Part shown: positions 1 through 8,851 of the stretch, in pieces
Position numbering within the stretch: position 1 is the first letter of the stretch
Layout of the letters: each line of letters opens with the position of its first letter
Notes under the pieces: generated by a model
Seen by the model: only the letters and a program-made list of their open reading frames with translations
Told to the model about the DNA's origin: nothing
Databases searched by the model: none
Position numbers and translations under genes: made by a program
Assembly: GCA_963826525.1 (NCBI GenBank)
Contig: CAWGXH010000004.1
Location: 1,024,001 to 1,088,000 of the forward strand
Source: an uncultured Methanomicrobiaceae archaeon
GTDB taxonomy: Archaea; Halobacteriota; Methanomicrobia; Methanomicrobiales; Methanoculleaceae
Reading direction: 5' to 3'
DNA length: 64,000 nucleotides

Positions 1-12
1 GGTGAAAGAGTG

Positions 13-462
13 ATGTACCAGTCTTTGGAGAGGCGACCCCCCCGGTCACGGGGCGTGGTGCAGAGTGCGCGCGCCGTTGATCCGTGTTCTGAGCAGCAGT
101 CCGCCGTAATGGCCTTGATCTCGCGGGTACTCATGGATTTTCACAGCGACTGGAACTTGCTCAGGCAGGAGAAGAAGGGGGAGGACTGGCTTTCTGCGGC
201 GAATGCTCTCCTCGATTGCTACTCCCACGAGATGTACGATCTGGCGCGGGCAATCCAGGGTATTCTTGCCGAGGATATGGAATGTCACATCCGTGCGCTC
301 TCCGCGGATATGATCACGACGACCAACATCTGTCACATGGTCGGGTGTGACCGGGAGTATCTGGAACGGGGTGACGAACTGGCAGAGCGTGCACGTCATT
401 CTGCCGATTGGTTTGTTCTCAGGTGTCGGATAAGACAGAGAGTGCAGGTCCCCGCTCGGTGA
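13..462 (+). CDS. hypothetical protein
   Basis: About 150-codon ORF with SD-like GGTGA at 1-5 before ATG at 13; no recognisable motif. Confidence 0.45.
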   Translation: MYQSLERRPPRSRGVVQSARAVDPCSEQQSAVMALISRVLMDFHSDWNLLRQEKKGEDWLSAANALLDCYSHEMYDLARAIQGILAEDMECHIRALSADMITTTNICHMVGCDREYLERGDELAERARHSADWFVLRCRIRQRVQVPAR

Positions 463-531
463 GACCCCTCTTTCATCCGCATTTCTGAAGACCGGATAAA
501 GTAATGCTTCTTTGCGTCACATCTCTCTTCG

Positions 532-1767
532 ATGACCGCACAGAAGATCCTGCTCCTGGTGCTCGACGGGATATCCGATCGCCCCTGCACGTCACTTGGG
601 GGGCTGACCCCCCTGCAGGCTGCAGACACGCCGAACCTCGACCGGTTCGCGGCGGAAGGAATCACCGGTATTATGGATACGATAGCGCCCGGCATCAGAC
701 CCGGCTCCGATACGGCGCACCTGAGTCTGCTCGGCTATCCACCCGAACGCTACTATACCGGACGAGGGCCTCTTGAGGCGGAGGGCTCAGGTATCCACAT
801 GGAGCCCGGGATGATCGGGTTTCGGTGCAACTTTGCCACGGTGAACGGAAACGGCCTGATCACCGATCGGCGGGCCGGCCGGATTCACGATACCGGGGAG
901 CTCTCGGCGGCGATCAGGGACGGCGTCGACCTCTCCGCGTATGAAGTCGGGTTCCGGTTCGAGTCCGGTGCCGGGCATCGCGCCGCTCTTGCGTTCGTGG
1001 GAGATCTCCTCGGCGACCGGGTCACGTCGAACGACCCGAAGAAAGAGGGCGCAGAGCCGCTTTCCATCAGACCGATCGGCGATGCACCTGCCGACGAGAA
1101 GACGGCAGCCGTCTGCAACGAGTTCATCCGCCAGTCACGCGAGATACTCTTCGATCATCCCCTCAACATCGAACGGCTGGAACAGGGTTTGCCGCCCGCA
1201 AACCTCCTCCTGATCCGGGGCGCCGGGCGAATGGGGCATTTCGAGCCGTTTGAAGAGCGCTACGGCCTTTCGGGCAGCGTCATCTCGGCCGCCACCCTGA
1301 TCTCGGGGATCGGGATGGTCGTTGGGCTCGAACATATCCCGGTGCCGGGTGCGACCGGTTCGGTGGACTCGGATCTTGACGCCAAGGTGGCGGCAACCCT
1401 GCGCGAGCTCGAGCAGAAGGACTTCGCGCTCCTGAACATAAAAGGCGCGGATGAGGCCGGGCACGATGGAAAGCCCGAACAGAAGCGGGATTTCATCGAG
1501 GTTATCGACGCGGCGCTCGCACCGTTCGGGGCGCTCGAGGGCTGTCTGCTCGTGATCTGCGGCGACCACAGCACACCCTGCTCGGTGAAGGATCACAGCG
1601 CAGACCCGGTGCCGCTGGTGATCCGGGGAGATGGCGTCAGGACGGACCGAATACAGCGTTTTGACGAGATATCCTGTGCTGAGGGGGGAATTAACCGGAT
1701 CCGCGGCCTTGATCTGATGCCGATTGCTCTCGATCTAATAAACAAGGCTCATAAATACGGCGCATGA
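532..1767 (+). CDS. apgM: 2,3-bisphosphoglycerate-independent phosphoglycerate mutase (archaeal type)
   Basis: LLVLDGISDRP, PGSDTAHLSLLGY, KGADEAGHDG and GDHSTP motifs. Confidence 0.95.
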   Translation: MTAQKILLLVLDGISDRPCTSLGGLTPLQAADTPNLDRFAAEGITGIMDTIAPGIRPGSDTAHLSLLGYPPERYYTGRGPLEAEGSGIHMEPGMIGFRCNFATVNGNGLITDRRAGRIHDTGELSAAIRDGVDLSAYEVGFRFESGAGHRAALAFVGDLLGDRVTSNDPKKEGAEPLSIRPIGDAPADEKTAAVCNEFIRQSREILFDHPLNIERLEQGLPPANLLLIRGAGRMGHFEPFEERYGLSGSVISAATLISGIGMVVGLEHIPVPGATGSVDSDLDAKVAATLRELEQKDFALLNIKGADEAGHDGKPEQKRDFIEVIDAALAPFGALEGCLLVICGDHSTPCSVKDHSADPVPLVIRGDGVRTDRIQRFDEISCAEGGINRIRGLDLMPIALDLINKAHKYGA

Positions 1768-1789
1768 AGATCTTAGCGGCGGCAGACTC

Positions 1790-2635
1790 ATGGAGGATAC
1801 AGCGAAGCACGACTGGATCAGGGAATGCTCGCTCCCCGACAGCACCGAGCTGCAGGAGCGGCTGCTCAAGACCGACCAGGATATCATCATCGGCGACCGC
1901 TGCCAGATAGATTACGGCCTTGCGGGCAAGGACATTGTTGTCTGTGAATTCTGCAAGATAAACGGGAATATCCTCGCCTCGGGTGACGTCAGGATCGATA
2001 ACTGGTGCGAGGTGACCGGGAACGTCTTTGTAGACGAGGATGCCTACCTCGGCGAGGGGGTCAAGATCCGGGGCAAGCTCGTCGTCCTCGGCGATCTCGA
2101 TATCGGTGACAACGTCCAGATCGACCAGGGTTTCGAGGCGAAGGGCTGGATCTCGATCCGGAACCCGATGCCGGTCATCGTCTACCTCATGCTCTACCTG
2201 GTGGCGCTCCTCGGTATCGAGAAGGAAGAAGAACTCGAATCGGTCATGCAGAAGATCTTCGGCGAGGAGGAGACCGAAAAGACTCCCCCGCTGATGATCC
2301 CGGGAGGCGCGGTGATGAACATGCAGACCATCACCGTCCCCGACCGCATGGCCATCGGCAGGGGATGCCGCCTGCACGGCAACATCAAGGCGGGCTCGGT
2401 TACGGTGCTCGGGAACACGACGCTCTTCGGGAGCCTGCATGCCCGTGATGCCGTCACGGTCGCGGAAGGATCGGTCGTGCACGGCGACCTCCGGAGCGAC
2501 GGCGATGTCACGCTGGAACAGAGCGTGCGCATTCTCGGGGATGTCATCTGCAGGAAGCTGACACTCCACGAGGAAGCGCGGGTGGACGGTACCATCCGGG
2601 CACCGGACGGACTGAAGATAGAGAGGGTTACATGA
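1790..2635 (+). CDS. polymer-forming cytoskeletal (bactofilin-like) beta-helix protein
   Basis: Two blocks of G-[DN]-[VI] beta-helix-like repeats flanking a hydrophobic segment (PVIVYLMLYLVALLGI). Confidence 0.75.
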   Translation: MEDTAKHDWIRECSLPDSTELQERLLKTDQDIIIGDRCQIDYGLAGKDIVVCEFCKINGNILASGDVRIDNWCEVTGNVFVDEDAYLGEGVKIRGKLVVLGDLDIGDNVQIDQGFEAKGWISIRNPMPVIVYLMLYLVALLGIEKEEELESVMQKIFGEEETEKTPPLMIPGGAVMNMQTITVPDRMAIGRGCRLHGNIKAGSVTVLGNTTLFGSLHARDAVTVAEGSVVHGDLRSDGDVTLEQSVRILGDVICRKLTLHEEARVDGTIRAPDGLKIERVT

Positions 2636-3463
2636 CAATTGCAGAATTACTTGATGTGGATGCGTGCCGGCTGATCGAGCCGTCGTTTGCCGAGCTGACG
2701 GAAGAATACTACACGAACCTGCTGCTCCGGGCGCTCGCCGACGATGCCCGGCTGCTGGTCGACGAAGATGAGGAACCGCTCGCGCTGGCGCTCCACGACG
2801 ACCAGGGTTGGCATGCGGCCTCGTTCCTCTTCCGTGCCCCGACGCTCGCGGCGATCGAGTGTTTCGAGGCGTTTGAAGGGGAGATCTACCAGGACGATCG
2901 CGAAGCATGGCTCGCGGCGGTCAGGGAATACTACAGCCTCGAGATCCGCCGCACGGTGCTCCCGGCCGTCGAGGATCTGCCGGGGGATCGGACGGCGAAG
3001 ATCGAGGGCCCTCATCCGGGAGGTCTGGGGCGGCCGGAGCGGATCGCTCTGCCTCGACTGCTGCTGTGGTTCCGGGGCCGGCACCGCCGCTCTCCACGCC
3101 GCCGGCATCCGGTCGCTTGCCTACGACAACGACTCCGCCCTCCTCTCCCTCGGTCTTGCCCGGGGCAGGCTCAGCCCGTCCGAGACGGTCTGCATCGACG
3201 GCAGGGCGGCGGCGACGTATATCAGCCCGGCGCCGCTCGGTGCCGCCTTCATGGCAGGCGAGATCACCGCGTACAATGCGGAGATGTGGGAAGGGATCGT
3301 CGATCAGCTCCTCGCCCTCACCGATGAGACGCTTATCACGCTCGGCACCGAGCAGGAATCCGGGATGGTGCGCACGTGGTGTCTCGAACGGGAGCGTAAG
3401 CCTGAAGTGTTCGAAAATGATCGCGATCCGCTCTACGATCGCTGGTGCTGTCTCGTCCGGTAG
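2632..3463 (+). CDS. hypothetical protein with class I SAM-methyltransferase-like motif (frameshift near 3010)
   Basis: ATGA overlap with upstream gene; N-terminus in ORF 2632, C-terminus in ORF ending 3463 containing LDCCCGSGAGT. Confidence 0.65.
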
Positions 3464-3575
3464 ATCGATCCCGTTCTCCTTTTTGCTCACGGTCAAAAGG
3501 CTTTCCCGTGTGCGCTTATGCCTATCTGTCAGCCGGTGAGCTGATATTCCTCGTTTTTGGGCAGCGCTCCTCTGA

Positions 3576-3593
3576 TAACTTTCCGGAAAGTTA
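3576..3593. promoter_or_regulatory. perfect 18-bp palindrome abutting an AT-rich TATA-like element; candidate operator
   Basis: TAACTTTCCGGAAAGTTA is its own reverse complement and runs into TTAATAAAAT upstream of the CHASE4 sensor gene. Confidence 0.5.
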
Positions 3594-3716
3594 ATAAAAT
3601 ATGGGGATCCTTTCCGTGTAAGTTCAAGTCAGAGTCCCCCCTCAATCTGCATCGCACCGGTGCGGCATCGGGATGAATTCTCCTTGCCTCCTCCTTACCC
3701 GTATGGACGTGACGGT

Positions 3717-5471
3717 ATGGATCTCCGCAGCAAAGTCATTCTCATCGTCATCGCGACACTTGCAACACTTCTCGTAGCCCATGTCCTGATATCCGACGCC
3801 GTCGTGATGCAGAGTTACTCCGATCTCGAGCTCCGGGAGACCCGTCAGCATCTCGAACGCACCCGGATCGGGATCGATAACGAAGTCGGGAGGATCGATA
3901 CGCTCTGCAGGGACTGGGCATGGTGGGACGACACCTACCGGTTTATCGGAGAGGGGGATGATGCCTACGTCGGGTCGAACCTCATCGACTCCACGTTCAG
4001 TCAGCTCCGCCTGAGCATGGTACTCTACGTAAACCAGTCGGGAACAGTCGTCTTCGGGAAGGGATACGATCTCGCTGCCGGGATGCCGGTAACACTCCCT
4101 GATGCCCTTCTCGACCGGATCACCTCCGACGACCGGCTGAGCGGCCATGTCGATACGGCGAGCGGCGTCGCCGGGCTGATCCTGCTCCCGGAAGGGCCGA
4201 TGCTCGTCTCCTCGCAGCCGATCACCTCGAGCAACGGGGAGCTGCCTGTTCGGGGTACCCTGATCATGGGGCGGTATCTCGACGACACCACGATGGAAGC
4301 GTTGCAGTCGACCACTCTCCTGCCGCTCGCTCTCCTGACGAGGGAGGAATGGGCGCCGCTGAACGATTCCTGGGAGCCGTTACCGGCATCGGGGTCGATG
4401 CTGATACGAACGATAAACCCGGACACCACCACCGGCTACGTGCTGCTTGAGGATATCTACGGCGAACCGGCCGTCATGTTGCGCACCGACCTCCCCCGGA
4501 CGATCTACAACCAGGGACGCGCAACACTCAACTATCTCCTCGGTTTCATCGTTGTAGCCGGACTTCTCTTCGGTTTCGTGACCCTCTCCCTCCTCGAGCG
4601 GACGACCCTCTCACAGATGGGGAGGCTCAGCGACACCGTCGCCGGGATCGGGGCGAGGCGCGATTTCGCATCCCGGCTCCCGGCGGACGGGGAGACCGAA
4701 CTCTCCCGACTTGCCGGCGCGATCAACGGCATGCTCGGGGAACTCGAGGCGGCCCGCCGGGAACTCCAGGAGAGCAGCGACCGCTACCACCTCCTCTTCA
4801 ACAGCGGCAACGACTTTATGATCGTCTGTGCCGTCACCGACGACGGTGCTCCCGGCAGGATCCTCGACGTCAACGATCTCGTCTGCCGACGGCTCGGCTA
4901 CACCCGGCCAGAACTGCTCGCTACCCCGATATCCACGCTCGTCCCCGACGGCGAGGTCGTCTCCTTCCCCGCCCGCCGCCTTCACCTGACCCATCTGGTG
5001 AAGAAACGGGGAGGGACGATCCCGGTCGAGGTGAACACCCACCCCGTCACCCTCGGCACGGAGAAGGCGATGCTCGCGATCGCCCGGGACGTCACCGAGC
5101 GGCAGATAGCGGAGGAGGAACTGACGCGGCACCGGCAGCATCTCGAAGAGATGGTCGAAGAGCGAACGGATGCGCTGGTTCTGCTCAACGAACGGCTGCA
5201 GCGCGAGATCATCGAACGCCGGAAGATAGAGCAGCACAGGAAAGAGGCTTACGAGCAGATCGAACGGAACATCGAACAGTTCGCGATCCTTGCCGATCAT
5301 ATCCGCCATCCGCTCCAGGTGATCCAGGGAATGGCCGACCTCCTTGACGACGAAGCGAAAGGAGCGAAGATAGCGATGCAGGTCGAACGGATCGATGCGA
5401 TCATCAAACAGCTCGACCAGGGCTGGGTCGAGTCCGAGGAGATCCGGATATTCTTAAAGAGATATTCCTGA
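3717..5471 (+). CDS. membrane sensor protein CHASE4-HAMP-PAS with truncated HisKA-like C-terminus
   Basis: TM helix, CHASE4 signature DWAWWDDTY, second TM, HAMP (ELSRLAGAINGML), PAS ending RDVTER, C-terminal ADHIRHPLQVIQG; no HATPase domain. Confidence 0.85.
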   Translation: MDLRSKVILIVIATLATLLVAHVLISDAVVMQSYSDLELRETRQHLERTRIGIDNEVGRIDTLCRDWAWWDDTYRFIGEGDDAYVGSNLIDSTFSQLRLSMVLYVNQSGTVVFGKGYDLAAGMPVTLPDALLDRITSDDRLSGHVDTASGVAGLILLPEGPMLVSSQPITSSNGELPVRGTLIMGRYLDDTTMEALQSTTLLPLALLTREEWAPLNDSWEPLPASGSMLIRTINPDTTTGYVLLEDIYGEPAVMLRTDLPRTIYNQGRATLNYLLGFIVVAGLLFGFVTLSLLERTTLSQMGRLSDTVAGIGARRDFASRLPADGETELSRLAGAINGMLGELEAARRELQESSDRYHLLFNSGNDFMIVCAVTDDGAPGRILDVNDLVCRRLGYTRPELLATPISTLVPDGEVVSFPARRLHLTHLVKKRGGTIPVEVNTHPVTLGTEKAMLAIARDVTERQIAEEELTRHRQHLEEMVEERTDALVLLNERLQREIIERRKIEQHRKEAYEQIERNIEQFAILADHIRHPLQVIQGMADLLDDEAKGAKIAMQVERIDAIIKQLDQGWVESEEIRIFLKRYS

Positions 5472-5479
5472 GGGGGAGC

Positions 5480-7489
5480 CTACTCCTGGCGCTGCTCAGC
5501 GCACTCGAGCTCGGCGACGATCCCGGCAGCATCGTCCATCTTCGTCACGAGCCGCCGGATCTCGAGGAGACGCTCCATCCCGATGAAGTGCTCGGCCATC
5601 ACCCGCGCCATATCAGTCAGCTCGATCCGTCCCGCTCTCCGCCGCACGAGCTGTTCGTCGAGGAGCGCGGAGAGCACCGGCTCGAGCGTCCCGACCATCA
5701 GATTGTTCAACCTGATGAGTTGCTGCTCGTCGCCGCCGCAGACGACGGCGTTCGCAACGAACTCCTCGGAGTCTCCTCGAGGTCGTACTCCGGTGCAACC
5801 TCTTCCATCTCGCCCCGCAGAAGGCCGACGGCGACTTCGTCCTCGGTCTTGCCGGAGGTGCGGGAGGTACGATCCGCCGGGTTCGGCCAGGATCACAATC
5901 CGGCCGAGGTCATGGTAGTCGGGACGCCCGGCCCGCCCCATCATCTGGTGGAACTCCCCGACGCCGAGCCACTGGATACCCATGGCAAGGGCATCGAAGA
6001 CAACCTGCGATGCCGGGAAATCGACACCGGCTGCGAGAGCCGCTGTTGTGACCACGGCGGCGATATCTCCGTTTGCAAAGCGGTTTTCGACGTCCCGCCG
6101 CTCCTGCGACGAGAGCCCGGCGTGATACGGGGCTGCTTTCCTGCCGAGTGCATCGGCGATAACGTGACACCGGGCACGGGCGTTTGTGAAGACGATCGTC
6201 TGTCCGCGGTATCCTTTCGACGACCGCTGTTTGAACTCTTCGATCACCAGTTGCTTGATAAAGTCGATCTTCTTCGTCCGCTCCACGAAGAGCAGGTGCC
6301 GTTCGAGCGGGACGGGGCGCTCGGCGTACCTGATGAGCTGAGCGTTCAGCTTCTTCGCAAGCAGCCCCGGCATCCCGATGGTGGCGGAGAGGTAGAGGAA
6401 CTGCGCCTTTGGAGCGACGTGCTTGAGGCGGGCGATCAGTCCGTCGAGGCGGTGGCCGCGCTCGGGGTCTTCGAGCATCTGCACCTCGTCGATCACCACC
6501 GTGCCGATATCCTTGAGCATCCGTCCTGTTCTGAGCGCATGGTCGATCCCTTCGTAGGTGCCGACGACGATCGGTGCACCGATGTCCCGTTCCCCGACCG
6601 GGCGGGTCTCGGGGAGGTTCAGCCTGCTGACGCCCGTCTGCAGGGAGACCCGGACAAGGTGACCGTAGCGGTCGCGGAACCGCTGGTATTTCTGGTTGGC
6701 AAGCGCCACCAGGGGAACGAGAAAGAGCGTCCTCCCTTTGCCTTCAAGGAAGTTCTTCATCCCCGCCATCTCGCCGATGAACGTCTTCCCGCTGGCGGTT
6801 GCCGAGACCACCAGCAGGTGCTGCCGTTCAAGGAGGCCGCCTTCTACTGCGAGCTCGCTGCACCGGCATGAGGTACTCGATCCCCGAGGCCTTTGCAAAA
6901 GCCGGGGGGAGGGGAGCTCGGTGATATGAACGGTATCCTCTCTGGCATGGGCTTCGAGGCGATCAAAGAGCGTCTTTGACCTATCCAGATGATCTGGTCC
7001 TACCGATGCGAGAACCTTGTTAAGGTCGCGGATCTGTTCGAGCAGCTGCTCGAGGTGGGAGAGTATGGAGCCGCCGAATTTGCCCATGTACCCGAGCTCC
7101 CGCCGCAGCTCCCGCTTTGCACACTCCATGCAGATCCACTCGCTCCCGTAGCGGACAGCGGTCGACTTATCGATCGGAGCGAACCGATCCTCGAGCTGGC
7201 AGAGCCGGCAGATGGTGATCCGGGTGTAGGGGATCTGCAGATCGCTTAAGAACGACTCAAACTCCCTGCTCCCTCCTGCAAGCTGCACCTTCGACCGACG
7301 GAGTACGGCGATGAAGTCGCGGGTGGGAACCGGCTTGAGCTGCTTCTGCTTTTTCCGGATCTTGAAGTTCTTCGGCCGCTGTCCTTTCGGTGTGCCGGCG
7401 AGATCGACGAATCCGGAGGCGGTGACCCGGCCTCCGTCGATGAACAACAGTTTATACGTGCCTTTCTGCGGCTGGATAATGAGTTTCAT
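5480..7489 (-). CDS. DEAD/DEAH-box helicase (archaeal DUF5814-type); compensating indels internally
   Basis: SATASGKT, DEVQ, LSAT, YHAGL, QMMGRAGR motifs; true start MKLIIQPQ at 7489 overlaps upstream stop. Confidence 0.9.
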   Translation of the reverse strand: MKLIIQPQKGTYKLLFIDGGRVTASGFVDLAGTPKGQRPKNFKIRKKQKQLKPVPTRDFIAVLRRSKVQLAGGSREFESFLSDLQIPYTRITICRLCQLEDRFAPIDKSTAVRYGSEWICMECAKRELRRELGYMGKFGGSILSHLEQLLEQIRDLNKVLASVGPDHLDRSKTLFDRLEAHAREDTVHITELPSPRLLQRPRGSSTSCRCSELAVEGGLLERQHLLVVSATASGKTFIGEMAGMKNFLEGKGRTLFLVPLVALANQKYQRFRDRYGHLVRVSLQTGVSRLNLPETRPVGERDIGAPIVVGTYEGIDHALRTGRMLKDIGTVVIDEVQMLEDPERGHRLDGLIARLKHVAPKAQFLYLSATIGMPGLLAKKLNAQLIRYAERPVPLERHLLFVERTKKIDFIKQLVIEEFKQRSSKGYRGQTIVFTNARARCHVIADALGRKAAPYHAGLSSQERRDVENRFANGDIAAVVTTAALAAGVDFPASQVVFDALAMGIQWLGVGEFHQMMGRAGRPDYHDLGRIVILAEPGGSYLPHLRQDRGRSRRRPSAGRDGRGCTGVRPRGDSEEFVANAVVCGGDEQQLIRLNNLMVGTLEPVLSALLDEQLVRRRAGRIELTDMARVMAEHFIGMERLLEIRRLVTKMDDAAGIVAELECAEQRQE

Positions 7490-8295
7490 GAGACTATCAG
7501 GTCGTGGATGGTATAGGCGAGCCCCGCCGTCTCGAGGCGCTTTAAAAAGTCGGTGAACTCCTCGTCGACGATGAGGATGGCGCACTCCCTCCCGTGGAAG
7601 GCCGCCTCGACGACGCCCTCGCGGGACCCGAAGAACATGTCGGGCTCGCACCCCGCCTTCTTCAGTGCGACGTAGGATTCGAGCCCCACGGCCGCCACCA
7701 TCTCGGCACGGTCGATGGCGCTCCGAAGAAGCGTGCTGCTGACTTTCCGCGACCCGCCCCGTTCGACCCGGGGAACCTTGCAGACATGGATGAGCCCTTC
7801 GCGATGCTCGATGATGCCTTCGAGGTGCGAAACACCGATGTCTTCGCCGGGTGCGGCATCCATCGTGGCCTCTCCCATAGCCGTCTTCTCCTGAAGTGTA
7901 GCGTAGAGCCATCCGTCTTTCATGAATACCCCGATCCGATCCCCTTTTCGAATCTCGTCCCGTGCAAGGGCCGTCCAGACTGCGACCTGCTGGATAATAT
8001 CCTTCGTAACGTGACGGGCGTATGCCTCGAGCGCCTCGGCGTTCCGAAGCACCCATTCGACGCCGCTCTTCGTTACCTCGTAGCGGCCCCTGCCGTGAGC
8101 GGCGACGAGCCCTTCGTCCACCATTTCACGGATATACTCCGATACTGCCTGGGGCGTCACCCCGAGTTTCTCTGCGATCTCCTGCTGCCGGACGGCCGGC
8201 TGATGCTCGGCGATCTCGACCAGGATCTGGAACCGCGTTGCCTCACGCTTGCTTCGCAGGATGATATACAGGGGATCTTCACGAACTTCTGTCAA
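7486..8295 (-). CDS. winged-helix (MarR-like) transcriptional regulator, conserved euryarchaeal family
   Basis: HTH QQEIAEKLGVTPQAVSEYIREM plus a C-terminal domain. Confidence 0.85.
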   Translation of the reverse strand: MTEVREDPLYIILRSKREATRFQILVEIAEHQPAVRQQEIAEKLGVTPQAVSEYIREMVDEGLVAAHGRGRYEVTKSGVEWVLRNAEALEAYARHVTKDIIQQVAVWTALARDEIRKGDRIGVFMKDGWLYATLQEKTAMGEATMDAAPGEDIGVSHLEGIIEHREGLIHVCKVPRVERGGSRKVSSTLLRSAIDRAEMVAAVGLESYVALKKAGCEPDMFFGSREGVVEAAFHGRECAILIVDEEFTDFLKRLETAGLAYTIHDLIVS

Positions 8296-8794
8296 GAAGC
8301 ACCATTCCCTGCCCTTTTACATCGAGGTGCGGGATCCGCTTGGCGAGTCCCTTGATGAATATCGGGCTTACACCGTGTTTGCGCGACAGATCGCCGATGG
8401 AAGAGGTACCGTCGGCGATATCCTGCTGGATGGCATCGACCAGAGAACGGAGCGTTTCGTCGTTGGATATTGCGATATTCAGGAGATCCCCGACGTCATT
8501 CATTGTGCACTGGAAGTTTGCCCGGAATTTGCTATAGGTTGTCCGGTACTCTTTCATCGGTTTCCGGCCGGGTGCGGGCATTCGCCACTGCTCCTCGATC
8601 AGATTCCCCTTTTTCAGAATCCCTAGGCATTCGACGACACATTCTTCGTCGCCTGCCTGGGTTGCCAGTTCCTCCTCCGTCAGCCAGTTCTTATTCAGAA
8701 GTTCGTAGATCTTTTTGTATTGGCAGTTATTGAAGGTCATGAGGAGAGGAACAAGTTCAACCGGATCGTTAAGAATTTTAATATGTCCCGTCAA
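8279..8794 (-). CDS. ArsR-like winged-helix protein (methanogen family)
   Basis: LKKGNLIEEQWRMP motif; TTG start; overlaps the next gene. Confidence 0.75.
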   Translation of the reverse strand: MTGHIKILNDPVELVPLLMTFNNCQYKKIYELLNKNWLTEEELATQAGDEECVVECLGILKKGNLIEEQWRMPAPGRKPMKEYRTTYSKFRANFQCTMNDVGDLLNIAISNDETLRSLVDAIQQDIADGTSSIGDLSRKHGVSPIFIKGLAKRIPHLDVKGQGMVLLDRSS

Positions 8795-8796
8795 AG

Positions 8797-8848
8797 CAAT
8801 ACCCTATTGTTATATGGTTGTATAACTCCATAAATTTTTGCAGAATTT
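8797..8848. promoter_or_regulatory. AT-rich divergent promoter region with inverted repeats
   Basis: GTTATA-N6-TATAAC (8809-8826) and CAATA-N3-TATTG lie between the divergent ArsR-like gene and hypF. Confidence 0.45.
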
Positions 8849-8851
8849 TTG

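Noticed and set aside
5480-8056. 858-aa helicase with long N-terminal extension
   Set aside because: The extension is an off-frame reading of the upstream regulator; the real start is 7489.
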